IMG/VR virus record: IMGVR_UViG_3300037424_002340
Location: 1 to 40,908 of that record
From: a virus
Taxonomy: Duplodnaviria; Caudoviricetes
Direction: 5' to 3' (one strand)
DNA length: 40,908 nt
Shown: piece after piece, positions 8,010 to 17,683 of the stretch
Layout: every line of letters begins with the position of its first letter
Numbering within the stretch: position 1 is the stretch's first letter
Position numbers and translations under genes: made by a program
Notes under the pieces: model-generated
Seen by the model: only the letters and a program-made list of their open reading frames with translations
The model's database searches: none
Told to the model about the DNA's origin: nothing

Positions 8010-10270
8010 ATTAACGTTCCCTTGCTAAAACCTGCGTCTGGTTTCACCCCCGCTGGCACAGGTTGAGAAATCACATAATTCAGATTTGAGGTCACTGGTA
8101 TTATGGTACACCTGCAATTATGCCCATTCGGAGGAAACCATTCTTGCCAAACCGGGTCTGACTTCAAATATATCCGTCCGTCCATCTCCCGATGTGTCTG
8201 CCGCGTCCGCTCATCCATGATTGCGCTATATTGAAGCGCAGGCACATAATCAGTCACATCGGGGTCAAAGTAAAGGTCGCGACGAGCACCATTGTAAATA
8301 TCGCTGATGGCGTTTCGGAATACCAAGTTTGTATGGTACTTTTTCATTGGAGTTCCAGGCGGCAACGACCATGCTTTTCCAGTGTATTGAATTTGTGATT
8401 GCTCTATCGCCTTGACTAAATCGGTGATAAACCAGTCCTCGTCGATTGCTTTGTACACAATCCGTTGGATTTCATCCACAATGTCACTCTCAATGAACCC
8501 TGCTACCGTGAACGCCTTCGATTTGAAACCGGAGACCAACTTGAGCCATTCTGTTTTGGTGATAGGGACCCTACCAATGAATTGCTTCAGTCTTTCCGAT
8601 GGTGTCGGTGCGAAATCCTCTTGAAAAGTTAAGCGTTGATTGAGTGAGTTTTCCATCTCGGAGACACCCGTTGCCATCGAAAGGAGATAAACTTCGGCAA
8701 ACTGATTTTCCATCTCAGTTTCTATTTCTTTTGTATCAAGATAAAGATTCCGAACGCTTCGATAATCCTTGTTCTGGAAGTATTCTTTGATTTGGGGAAT
8801 CACCTGGGCAAGATTTTTGAATAAATTATCAGAGACCTTTTCTGAAATATCCGCAACCCATTTTTCAAGAAAGAATTTCGTTTCGGAATAATCAATCATT
8901 GTCGCCTTTTCGTATTCAGTCAATGTGCGGAAGGGAAACGGTTCTGGTGTTTCTCTAAAGGCCGATACTGATTGCTTCGGAAGCCTCGCAACGCTCTCTT
9001 CCACCCAGAGCGGCGCTTCTCTGTATTCTTGAAACTTTCTTATATAAGGTTGATTTTTCTGTGGAACATTGAGATAGTCCCTGACCCATTCCTCAGATGG
9101 GTCAACAACGCCCGCATCCAAAAGAATTTTGAGAATCTTTGATTTAACTTCGGGGTCTTCTTCAGGTGAAATCATCTGAAAAGTAGGCGCCTGAGCATCA
9201 AAGTTATATTGAGTTAATGGGGTTAAAAGTTGTTCAGTAATAAGTGTACTAATACTTGAACCTAAATCCTCCAGAATCCAGATGAATACATCAAAATGCT
9301 TCTTTCCAAGCGCATAACTGCCGCGCGAGCCACTTTCGGTATACCCCAATAAATCGGGGACAAGTGCGCCGCGCGTAATCCCTCGATTCATTGTATCAAT
9401 GGCGACTTTGTATGCATCAGATGCCGTCGCCGATATTTCCAATTGGTCTAAGATTACTCCCATAGGCAAGGTAGCAATCGTACCCGTCTGCAAATGTTCG
9501 AGGACATCCTCAAGAGCGTCTATATCTGCTTCAGAAGTTCCTGGCGGATACCATCCGATGGTCGGTGGGAATGGGAACCTCTCTAACCACATTGCATAGA
9601 ATTTGAGGATGACCGATTTAATCCACCACTCCCGGTAAAATGCCCGGTAATCTGACCTGCCGTATAAATTGTCAAATTCCTCCTGATATGAATACAAAAT
9701 GAATTTGTCAATTGGCATTCGCTGAATTTGACCACTCACCTGCTCTTGGGCAATGCCCTCTTTTTCGAGGTTGCCGTAAATATCTTGGTAGAAGGTGAAA
9801 TATTGGGGGTCTCTCGTCTTTAGGGTTGACAAAATTATCTTTCCCTCATAAGTGGTTCCCTTCTCTTTTGAAAGCTCCCAATTTTTTTCTGTAACGCTAA
9901 AGCCGTAATCCAGCGCCGACATCAACTGAAATAGATGCTTGTTGAATGTCCCAGCAAGATTTTCAAGATTCCACTTGCAAAATTCCGCCGCGGCAGCATC
10001 ACTTTTGGCAGAGCTTGCCGGTTGAATTTGCCAGCCCGGGGAGATACGAGCAAATTTTTTGAGCGTCATTACCGACCGCACCTGGTCATCGTGCCGCATT
10101 TCATCTATTATCGTGTATGTTTTTTTAGAGAGTAGCGCATCGGGATTGTAGGGCGTAATCCCATATTGAGCGGAGATGTAATCCCCGCGTGCTGTCGATT
10201 GGATTGTTAGGTCAGGAGCATCTTCTCTAAAAACTTGTATGGCGGTTTTTAGCTTTTGTATAAAACTCAT
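8006..10270 (-). CDS. Portal protein (DUF935/Mu gp29-like) fused to MuF minor head domain
   Basis: ALDYGFSVTEKNW, NLYGRS, GSYALGKKH portal motifs; C-terminal YSAIMDERTRQTH..PPNGHNCRC MuF signature. Confidence 0.92.
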   Translation of the reverse strand: MSFIQKLKTAIQVFREDAPDLTIQSTARGDYISAQYGITPYNPDALLSKKTYTIIDEMRHDDQVRSVMTLKKFARISPGWQIQPASSAKSDAAAAEFCKWNLENLAGTFNKHLFQLMSALDYGFSVTEKNWELSKEKGTTYEGKIILSTLKTRDPQYFTFYQDIYGNLEKEGIAQEQVSGQIQRMPIDKFILYSYQEEFDNLYGRSDYRAFYREWWIKSVILKFYAMWLERFPFPPTIGWYPPGTSEADIDALEDVLEHLQTGTIATLPMGVILDQLEISATASDAYKVAIDTMNRGITRGALVPDLLGYTESGSRGSYALGKKHFDVFIWILEDLGSSISTLITEQLLTPLTQYNFDAQAPTFQMISPEEDPEVKSKILKILLDAGVVDPSEEWVRDYLNVPQKNQPYIRKFQEYREAPLWVEESVARLPKQSVSAFRETPEPFPFRTLTEYEKATMIDYSETKFFLEKWVADISEKVSDNLFKNLAQVIPQIKEYFQNKDYRSVRNLYLDTKEIETEMENQFAEVYLLSMATGVSEMENSLNQRLTFQEDFAPTPSERLKQFIGRVPITKTEWLKLVSGFKSKAFTVAGFIESDIVDEIQRIVYKAIDEDWFITDLVKAIEQSQIQYTGKAWSLPPGTPMKKYHTNLVFRNAISDIYNGARRDLYFDPDVTDYVPALQYSAIMDERTRQTHREMDGRIYLKSDPVWQEWFPPNGHNCRCTIIPVTSNLNYVISQPVPAGVKPDAGFSKGTLI
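8955..9004 (-). mobile_element. 50-bp REP-like element (family B) in-frame in the portal-MuF linker
   Basis: Identical to 40527-40576; both read VEESVARLPKQSVSAFR. Confidence 0.85.
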
Positions 10271-10282
10271 ACGTACTCCTTT

Positions 10283-10600
10283 CTACAACTCTACAGTTAG
10301 TTGTTGGGGTTGTTTAACTTTTCGATGCTTTTTCACTTTTTTGGTATCACGCACAAAGTTGTCGTAGTCTTCTGGTCCCAGAGTTTCCTCTAAAGTACCT
10401 CTTAAAAAATTTTGCCCCATAGTAGACTCATAAAAAATAAATAAAGGATGCCAGCGAGAAATACGCTCAGGCGAAATAATCCCTGCAAGCCCACTCTTGG
10501 CCGCAATAAACTGCGCATCTCTGAGATTTTGTACTTTTCGGATTATCAAACATTCACCTTCTACACGATAAAAATATAAGGCGTCTTCTTCTAATTTCAT
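10283..10600 (-). CDS. Hypothetical protein
   Basis: 105 aa; ATGA-coupled to the DHH gene. Confidence 0.65.
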   Translation of the reverse strand: MKLEEDALYFYRVEGECLIIRKVQNLRDAQFIAAKSGLAGIISPERISRWHPLFIFYESTMGQNFLRGTLEETLGPEDYDNFVRDTKKVKKHRKVKQPQQLTVEL

Positions 10601-11541
10601 ATCTCAATCCTTTTGACATCCTTCGAGAATGGAAGTTCATCACAAACAAAGCCCGCTGCACCTCTATGCCCTCCACCTCCATGTCTGACTGCTATCTCAG
10701 ATACATCTATTGTTTCAGAATATAACCCGATAATCCACTTGTCACCAGTAAACTCAAATGATATCAGTAAAGGATACTGCTTTATTCGTTCCCCAAACGC
10801 TTTGCTTCCGCCACGATACATCCCCTGCGCGAACGTCTTGTGCCCTTCAAATGTAGCTTCAAAACCGTAAGCATTGCAATAATCATTGCTTATCATATTG
10901 TCGTATTGGACACAAGTTATTCCTCGTTCGATTATACGGGCTATCAATGAACCGGCATTTCTGGAAAGCAATTGTACCCATACTTCATCTGTTGGTTGAT
11001 GCGAGTATAACTTCATTCCAGTTGTAAAATTCTCGGTTTCCTCATAGTCCCATATCCATCTATCCATATCATCAATTAGTTGGATAGCTTTTGGGATAAT
11101 AATCTTTGCGTTATCATCGAAGTATTCTGCCTTCATCTCAAGAAGGACAAAATATTCCCATGTGAGCCAGCACCCAGAACGCGCAGAAGTGATAATAGAT
11201 TCAATGTTAGAATACAATTCGGGATGCTTTTCTCGATGTTCTACTGTACTTTTGTGATGGTCAATTAAGGTAATATTCTGTGTAATCGCTTGAAGTTTTC
11301 TGAAATCATCATCATTCTGAACATGAAAATCGACAATATAAATCTGTTCATTTATACTGATTGAATCAAGCGGGAACTCACGGCTATATTCCATTTCAAT
11401 AAATTCATACGCATCTATCTTTTCGTTACTACTGGTGGAAGAGCGTCGTCTATCGGCCTTTAACGACTTTCCTTCTCGAAAATGATTTATGACCGCACCC
11501 GCGGCGCGCCCATCCAAATCATTGTGGTGGAAAACTTTCAT
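10597..11541 (-). CDS. DHH/DHHA1 family phosphoesterase
   Basis: HNDLDG, IVDF, LIDHH and GGGGHRGAAGF motifs. Confidence 0.92.
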   Translation of the reverse strand: MKVFHHNDLDGRAAGAVINHFREGKSLKADRRRSSTSSNEKIDAYEFIEMEYSREFPLDSISINEQIYIVDFHVQNDDDFRKLQAITQNITLIDHHKSTVEHREKHPELYSNIESIITSARSGCWLTWEYFVLLEMKAEYFDDNAKIIIPKAIQLIDDMDRWIWDYEETENFTTGMKLYSHQPTDEVWVQLLSRNAGSLIARIIERGITCVQYDNMISNDYCNAYGFEATFEGHKTFAQGMYRGGSKAFGERIKQYPLLISFEFTGDKWIIGLYSETIDVSEIAVRHGGGGHRGAAGFVCDELPFSKDVKRIEI

Positions 11542-11670
11542 TTCTTTACCTCCATTTGTCGAAGTTTTACCCTACTCAATAAATCTACAAGCCACGCTAA
11601 CCCATCCCAGAAGGGTTGTGTTGCCGCATGCCAGAGTAAGGAATGAAATGGCAAATAATGCTCAATGTCT

Positions 11671-12072
11671 CTATTCATTCTCGTTCACACCCCCACCTTC
11701 TTTTAATAATAAGTTGATATTTCGGGACATCTCATCCATTCGTGCATCATTTAAATAAAGATGGTTCTCAATCCGATAGATTCTCTGATAAAAGTCTGTT
11801 TTGTCCCTTGTGCTCGGTAATGCCCCTATTAGTTGATGTGTTGACGAGGCCAACGGACAAACATTAGTCTCCGCTTCTTCTTGCTTCGGGTCAAAAATAT
11901 TTTTCAATTTCTCATAAAATGTCCGCAAATGCACCTTATCACACCAATAGCCAAAACGATTTGTATGCTCAGGTTTAGCTTCTAAACTTGTGAACTCAGA
12001 GCCTTCAACAAAATCGGCTATTTGGACAAAATATCTGTCTTTCTTTTCATCGTAGTTCACAATGAACATCAT
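11671..12072 (-). CDS. Hypothetical protein containing element-derived segments
   Basis: 133 aa; GGAGG RBS; 11797-11863 matches the family C element. Confidence 0.6.
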   Translation of the reverse strand: MMFIVNYDEKKDRYFVQIADFVEGSEFTSLEAKPEHTNRFGYWCDKVHLRTFYEKLKNIFDPKQEEAETNVCPLASSTHQLIGALPSTRDKTDFYQRIYRIENHLYLNDARMDEMSRNINLLLKEGGGVNENE

Positions 12073-13908
12073 TTACACCTCCCATGGTGCCCGCGATGTA
12101 TTTTTTCGTTCCACGTGTTTGCTTCTTAAGCCCACGCTTTTTCTACTTAGCGTTTGAAAGTCATCTCCCAAAAGCGGCCTACTTTTATGTTGGTTGTCAC
12201 TTGTGGGAGAAAAGCGCAACGCCGCTGGCACTGACCGCTTCCGAACCTGCCACGCTATCGCGCGCGCAATAACAGTATCCATATATCCTTCAGAGTAAAT
12301 TTTGTCGCCTTTCGATTTCACACCAAAACACTCGTCAATAAACGAAAGACTTTTTACCATCATAAGTTTATCCTCAATGACATCGCTCCTGAGTTCATCC
12401 ATCATGATTGGCTTTGTTTTGGCATTCGTAATCCAACCAACTTCACCCTGGTCAATGATTTTGCTTCCGACCTTGCCAACTTTTGAAATTTTCTTTGCCC
12501 ATTCCGCATAATCAATATCAATATGCCGATAGAGATTGGGGTAGAATAATTGATTTTCCAAAGTGTTTATCACTGAATGTCCGTGATTGTTTCTCTCAAC
12601 AGCAAGCAAAGCGGTATTGTAAAAATAACCTAAATCGGCGATGGTTTTTGCTAATTGTGGTGGCGTGAGGCGTTCCTTCAATTCGGCAACCTCTTCAGCA
12701 TTATCAAAACGAATTACCGTTGCGGCTGAGAAGGTGCTGTTGATTCCGCCTCCCGATGTATCCGCCGCAATCAAATAACGTTTATCAGGAATTGGCTCAT
12801 TGTAAATCCTGATTCCATTTGGCATTTCTCTCAGAAAGGATATACCACGAACGAGTAGATACAATTCCTGCAGACTACGGGTATCAAAGAAACTGTTTTC
12901 GTCAGAAGCAACGAAACAAGATGAATCGTCCATCGGGTACTCTTGCCATACTTTCTTTTTGAGTTTGCGTCGCTTAGTGAGCCAGAATTTCATCTGCTCC
13001 CAGGATAGCTTATGTGTTTGCATCGCAAGCTTTTCCTCCGCGGTAAGCTCTGCTTCTAAATCTTGCCGTTCCTGCTCGCTTTCTATTTTTATCCGATATT
13101 CAGGGAAAATGAACCAGGGAAAAAACTTATAGTGAAACGGCTTGCCAGTCGTTTTGCTAGTAGTCGCCAACTCTTTTAAATATGGCATTCGCGAGGGTGT
13201 CGTTTCAATAAATACATTCCCGGTTGCCTCGGGAACCGCTTCACTAAGCGCCGCGCCAAGCAAACCTTCGGGGTTGGGCCAGAAGGCAAACTCTGAACAA
13301 TGGAGATTGTTAATGGTATCTCCTCTACCAAAGTTATCCTTCTGGGCACTGCCGACAAAGAATCGAGAATTAACTTTTTCAAACATTAGTTCACGAACAT
13401 TATCATATTTTGTTTTGGGACGGAATTTTTCATCTAAATTCGTGTGCGCGAAATTCACAATCCGAAATAATCTCTTGGTCGCTTCAAATTCCTCTGCAAT
13501 GATAACTGATGAAGTATTCTCCGTTGTAAGACAGTCCCAATAATCGAGCAAAAGCATAAATGTTGTGATGCCAAACTTTCTGGCTTTAATAACGAGCGTC
13601 CTGATTGGATATTCATACAACAGAGATTTGTATAATGCCTTTTGTAAGGAATTGAGCACGAATTTCCGCTTTTGTTTCTGCTTGTCGATGATGTAAAAAT
13701 AGTTTGCCGCGGCAAATTGAAAATCCCAATAGAAACGCTTTTCTGGGATTGATAACTCGTCGATTTGCTCAGCGACTTCTTTCTGATTGTTGTCACTCAT
13801 CTGGCTCATCAGAAATTTCATCTTCTGTGAATCTCTTAATAACATCGCTGACCAAATCTCGTCCGACAACTGACACTCTTTGGGTTTCTTCCACAATAAG
13901 TTTTTCAT
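12073..13908 (-). CDS. terL: Terminase large subunit (start may be downstream, near 13821)
   Basis: VIKARKFGITT Walker A, LHCSEFAFW Walker B, IETTP coupling motif, AADTSGG and AVERNNHG nuclease motifs. Confidence 0.93.
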   Translation of the reverse strand: MKNLLWKKPKECQLSDEIWSAMLLRDSQKMKFLMSQMSDNNQKEVAEQIDELSIPEKRFYWDFQFAAANYFYIIDKQKQKRKFVLNSLQKALYKSLLYEYPIRTLVIKARKFGITTFMLLLDYWDCLTTENTSSVIIAEEFEATKRLFRIVNFAHTNLDEKFRPKTKYDNVRELMFEKVNSRFFVGSAQKDNFGRGDTINNLHCSEFAFWPNPEGLLGAALSEAVPEATGNVFIETTPSRMPYLKELATTSKTTGKPFHYKFFPWFIFPEYRIKIESEQERQDLEAELTAEEKLAMQTHKLSWEQMKFWLTKRRKLKKKVWQEYPMDDSSCFVASDENSFFDTRSLQELYLLVRGISFLREMPNGIRIYNEPIPDKRYLIAADTSGGGINSTFSAATVIRFDNAEEVAELKERLTPPQLAKTIADLGYFYNTALLAVERNNHGHSVINTLENQLFYPNLYRHIDIDYAEWAKKISKVGKVGSKIIDQGEVGWITNAKTKPIMMDELRSDVIEDKLMMVKSLSFIDECFGVKSKGDKIYSEGYMDTVIARAIAWQVRKRSVPAALRFSPTSDNQHKSRPLLGDDFQTLSRKSVGLRSKHVERKNTSRAPWEV

Positions 13909-14341
13909 TTTCGTTTTTCTTGCAAATATCTTGCATTAATTTGTACATATTCAACACCCATTTATCAAGCACCGCCGCAGGAATTTCAGCAGTCGAAATA
14001 TCTATAATCCTTTGCGCCCCTTTGCTAATTAGCCCTCTGGCATATTTGATACTATCTTCTTGAAAGTCTTTCCATTCATCAATGCGCTTCTGTTCGGTCT
14101 GTTTATCTCGATAAGCGTCCCACGCTTCGGCACGCTTTACCCAGTCATAATCAACTGACCACTTCCTGATATGCCCTGGTACTTTCTTAATGCCGTCATG
14201 ATACTCCTTTAAATTCTTTTTGTAGGCGAGTGCGTAAGCGGTAACAAAATTTCTTTCTGACGGAGGCAGATTTCGATAAACAACGAAAACACGAAAAGCC
14301 CTCGCGCTTTCAGTATCTCTTTTTTCCCAGATTTTTTCCAC
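13793..14341 (-). CDS. terS: Terminase small subunit
   Basis: WEKRDTESARAFRVFVVYRNL...WSVDYDWVKRAEAWD pattern; immediately upstream of terL. Confidence 0.75.
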   Translation of the reverse strand: MEKIWEKRDTESARAFRVFVVYRNLPPSERNFVTAYALAYKKNLKEYHDGIKKVPGHIRKWSVDYDWVKRAEAWDAYRDKQTEQKRIDEWKDFQEDSIKYARGLISKGAQRIIDISTAEIPAAVLDKWVLNMYKLMQDICKKNENEKLIVEETQRVSVVGRDLVSDVIKRFTEDEISDEPDE

Positions 14342-14343
14342 AG

Positions 14344-15609
14344 TTACACATCCTTAGTTAGAAAAGGTTCTTGCGTTGCTTCATTTATTGGCACATTGCC
14401 AGTGAAGTCATAATACCGTCGGCAGCACACATCAGTATAATGACACGAAATCTCCATCCCTACGCACCGCCTCCCGGTCTTTTCGCAAGCAATTAACGTT
14501 GTGCCAGAGCCGAGGAAGGGGTCGAGGATTAATTCCTCTTTTAGCGTTGAATTGGCGATTAATAATTCTATTAATTCAACTGGCTTTTGCGTAGGATGCA
14601 ACTCTGACTTTAAGGGTTTATCAAACTCCAATACACTCGTTTGAAACCCTCCATAAAATTTATGTGTTCCGTCTTTTTTCCAACCGAATAAAATCGGCTC
14701 ATGTTTATAATTATAGTCAGTCCGTCCCAACACATGATTATTTTTTACCCAAATTAATTCATGCCTTACCTTCCAGTTAGCATCATTTATGCTCATCATC
14801 ATCATCATTTGATCGCCGCCTTGACAAGCAAACCAATAATAACTTGCAGTATCAGAAGTGAACGAATAAGCATTTACGCAAACTGTTTTCCAAAAAGGAT
14901 AAAGGTCTTTTAAATCTTGATGGTCATGTTCAATAGGGTCTTGAATACGATTACCCTTATCATATTTATTTAAAAAGGTGTTTTTGTCTGAATATTTTAC
15001 CCCATAAGGAGGGTCGGTTAAAAATAAATCCGCCTTCTCCCCCTTCATCAACTTCTCCACATCCTCCACCTTCGTACTATCCCCGCACATAACCCGATGC
15101 TCTCCACAAAGCCACACATCCCCTGTCTTAGTAATCGGCGTTGTCTCCACCCCCATCGCCGCGCCCACGTCAAACGTTTCCTCTTTATCAATCGGCTTTT
15201 GACTGATAATCTGCTTTAACCCCTCTTCATCAAATCCCATATTCGCCAATTCCATCGTTGGCATGGAGGCAATCAGCTTTTCCAACTGCTCAGGGTTCCA
15301 CTCGGCTAACTCGGCAGAGCGATTGTCGGCAATAGCATAAGCCTTGCAAAGTTCTACTGGAGTGCCTGAAGGTATCCAGGCGACCGGGATTTTCTCAATC
15401 CCTAATTCCAGCGCCGCTTCGAGGACACCGTTACCTGCATAGACGATATTTGTGTCCTCAGAAGCAACGAGAGGGCGGCGGATGCCGAACTGTTGGATAC
15501 TGCGGCGAATTGCATTTTTATTCGGTTGCGGATGCCGACGGGCATTCTCAGGGTCGGGAATGAGTTTGTTGGTATCAAATTCGGTTACTTTTAAGTCCGG
15601 CATATTCAA
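14344..15609 (-). CDS. ParB-like domain fused to N4/N6 DNA methyltransferase
   Basis: NARRH..AGNG..ADNR ParB-like region; DPPY, HPTQKP, DPFLGSGTT motifs. Confidence 0.92.
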   Translation of the reverse strand: MNMPDLKVTEFDTNKLIPDPENARRHPQPNKNAIRRSIQQFGIRRPLVASEDTNIVYAGNGVLEAALELGIEKIPVAWIPSGTPVELCKAYAIADNRSAELAEWNPEQLEKLIASMPTMELANMGFDEEGLKQIISQKPIDKEETFDVGAAMGVETTPITKTGDVWLCGEHRVMCGDSTKVEDVEKLMKGEKADLFLTDPPYGVKYSDKNTFLNKYDKGNRIQDPIEHDHQDLKDLYPFWKTVCVNAYSFTSDTASYYWFACQGGDQMMMMMSINDANWKVRHELIWVKNNHVLGRTDYNYKHEPILFGWKKDGTHKFYGGFQTSVLEFDKPLKSELHPTQKPVELIELLIANSTLKEELILDPFLGSGTTLIACEKTGRRCVGMEISCHYTDVCCRRYYDFTGNVPINEATQEPFLTKDV

Positions 15610-15615
15610 TCTCTC

Positions 15616-15882
15616 CTATAAATAAAAAGAAAACAGATGCCAGACACCATCGAGTTGAACCGTTCCAATATATTCCATCTGTTCTAATTCCTGGTCCCAT
15701 TGTATCGTTCCGGTTCCTATACAACGAAACTTTCGATGTATAAGTGCATTTTCCGTGTCGATTATCGCCCATATAACAGGGCGGCCTTTTTGCACTTGCA
15801 CGCATAAAATTTCAGACAGTGAAGGCATCTCAACTGTAAACTCATCAGCGAGAGAAATTTCACATTTCCATATTGTTATCAT
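15616..15882 (-). CDS. Conserved small phage protein
   Basis: TIWK..EMP..ILCVQVQ..IWA..GTG..YIGTVQ..VWHLF pattern common in phages. Confidence 0.75.
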   Translation of the reverse strand: MITIWKCEISLADEFTVEMPSLSEILCVQVQKGRPVIWAIIDTENALIHRKFRCIGTGTIQWDQELEQMEYIGTVQLDGVWHLFSFYL

Positions 15883-16384
15883 TTTTACTACTCACTTTCA
15901 ATAAAGTATTTTCATTTGTAATCTGAATACCGCAAATGTCAAGTTTTTCACGGGCATTCAACAAATTCTCCATGCTATCATCTAAAAGCAATGCTCTTGA
16001 AGGATGACAAGCAAAATCATCCAATGCCTTCTGCAAGATGAACGTTTTGGCTGGTAAGCCTGGCTCAACAAAGATTTTTTCTACTGTCCGCCCCCCATAA
16101 GCCTCAATCTGAGAGTTCATGTAAGCATGAATCTCATACAGCCCCTCCCAGGTGAGAAGTCCCTTGCCAATACATCGTTGTATAGAGCAAATACAAATAT
16201 CACACTCTAAATCATTCATAAGCCGAAACGCCTCCAACACGCCAGCTTTAAAGATGAAATCATTGGGCTTCAGAATGTAGTAATAGCGGCTCTTTGGATC
16301 AGGGGAATTTTCATTTATTACGCCATCACAGTCGAGGATTAAGAGACTAACTTGCTTTTGTCCTGTTTGGGTTTTTATTATCAT
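15860..16384 (-). CDS. gmhB: Heptose 1,7-bisphosphate phosphatase-like HAD protein (divergent)
   Basis: ILDCDGVIN, YILKPNDFIFKAGVLEA, SIQRCIGKG, IHAYMN align with GmhB; zinc loop absent. Confidence 0.75.
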   Translation of the reverse strand: MIIKTQTGQKQVSLLILDCDGVINENSPDPKSRYYYILKPNDFIFKAGVLEAFRLMNDLECDICICSIQRCIGKGLLTWEGLYEIHAYMNSQIEAYGGRTVEKIFVEPGLPAKTFILQKALDDFACHPSRALLLDDSMENLLNAREKLDICGIQITNENTLLKVSSKNDNNMEM

Positions 16385-16655
16385 TGGCAGTTCCTCTCAA
16401 AGTTTTTATAGCCCGGTGGTTAGCCGGGCTGAAACCTGGATAATCAAAGTTGATACGTAATATCTTTTTCTAAAACTTCACAGAAAGGAATATCCTCCAA
16501 TTCTATACGTTTCAGTGTGTGTATTTTTAAAATTGCCAGCTTAATCGTTTCGCGATTTCGCTAGCATAAAGTACGAGTTACGACTTACGAAATACGAATT
16601 ACTTTCCTTTTTGAGTAAATTACCGCCGCTATCCCGACGGTAATCTTGTTTCATC

Positions 16656-16771
16656 GTTTTGTCCAAAAAACACCCCATCCGCGACAGGCGGTTTTTCACC
16701 GCAGATAACCACAAGTTCTTGTTTTTTGGACAAGACATCTTTTTGTCCTTTTGACAGAAACTTTCGGAATG
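16656..16771. mobile_element. Family A hairpin with loop insertion, plus an adjacent half element
   Basis: Arms GTCCAAAAAACA/TGTTTTTTGGAC; the loop insert recurs inverted near 37905-37934. Confidence 0.75.
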
Positions 16772-16820
16772 AGTTTGTTGGTATCAAATTCGGTTACTTT
16801 TAAGTCCGGCATATTCAATC
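16766..16820 (-). repeat. Exact 55-bp duplicate of the ParB-methyltransferase 5' end (15557-15611)
   Basis: GGAATGAGTTTGTTGG...CATATTCAATC identical at both sites. Confidence 0.93.
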
Positions 16821-16848
16821 ACAAGTTATTCTCGTTATAATTTTGCCT

Positions 16849-17010
16849 CTAAAACAAATTACCCTGGCTATCTACTAAACCTCTAAAACCACAAACTTTG
16901 CAAGTTGCTTTGGCGCTACAACCATCAAATCCATCAAAATAATCGTAGGTATGCCATTGTAATGTCCTACATAAAAACAATCTAATCTTTTTATACACTC
17001 CTTTTTTCAT
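16849..17010 (-). CDS. Small Cys/His protein, 53 aa (below ORF-track cutoff)
   Basis: GGAGG RBS; MKKGVYKKIRLFLCRTLQWH..GFDGCSAKATCKVCG..DSQGNLF. Confidence 0.7.
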   Translation of the reverse strand: MKKGVYKKIRLFLCRTLQWHTYDYFDGFDGCSAKATCKVCGFRGLVDSQGNLF

Positions 17011-17369
17011 TTTACACCTCCCACCAAGGTATTTCCAATCAGTTCAATCTGAGTTCACCAACGATCTGTCTGCCTTCGTCAGGTTTGCCTTGCAAACTTG
17101 TGAACTCACAGGCAGGCGCACAGGCAGGCGAAGTATCTAATTAAGGACAAGACATCATAGTTTTTGGCTGCCAACCAACGCCATCCGAAAACAGATGATT
17201 TGGTATACGTTTTGCCCAGACAAGCATGAAGGCCACCTCAAACAGGGATAGCTTTTGATAGCTACTGGGGCTTATGCCTTCGCCTACTCCCATTTTACAG
17301 CAGCCGAGGGGAATTCAGATACTCCCTTAAATGCTTTAAAATCACCCTATCCCCTTTACAAAGGGGAGT

Positions 17370-17669
17370 TTAAAATTCGTTACCGTTCTCTTCTTTATCG
17401 ATCCTTTTTTGGGCATACTTTAGCCACGAAGCTTTATCATCTGTGACAACACCACGCGGATAATTACCTTCGGAACATCCGAATGTGAGTTCTTCTGCTA
17501 ATCTATCGGCGACCCTCCACCAATAATAAGCATCTTTTTGTTTGTATAGTTCCCCCATCTGCTGTTCGCATGGTAGTATTTGTTCAAGTTGTTCTTGTTC
17601 AGCCACTGGGGATATTTTTTCAGCTTGTCTTCGCGGTGGCCATTCCCCCCATGGTGATATAAATCTCAT
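17370..17669 (-). CDS. Hypothetical protein
   Basis: RBS before MRFISPWG; the longer ORF-track start lies within a repeat element. Confidence 0.6.
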   Translation of the reverse strand: MRFISPWGEWPPRRQAEKISPVAEQEQLEQILPCEQQMGELYKQKDAYYWWRVADRLAEELTFGCSEGNYPRGVVTDDKASWLKYAQKRIDKEENGNEF

Positions 17670-17683
17670 GTTCCTCAACCTCC

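Noticed and set aside
14793-14808. (ATG)5 poly-Met run as a phase-variable tract
   Set aside because: A triplet repeat cannot shift frame, and Met runs occur at this position in similar methyltransferases
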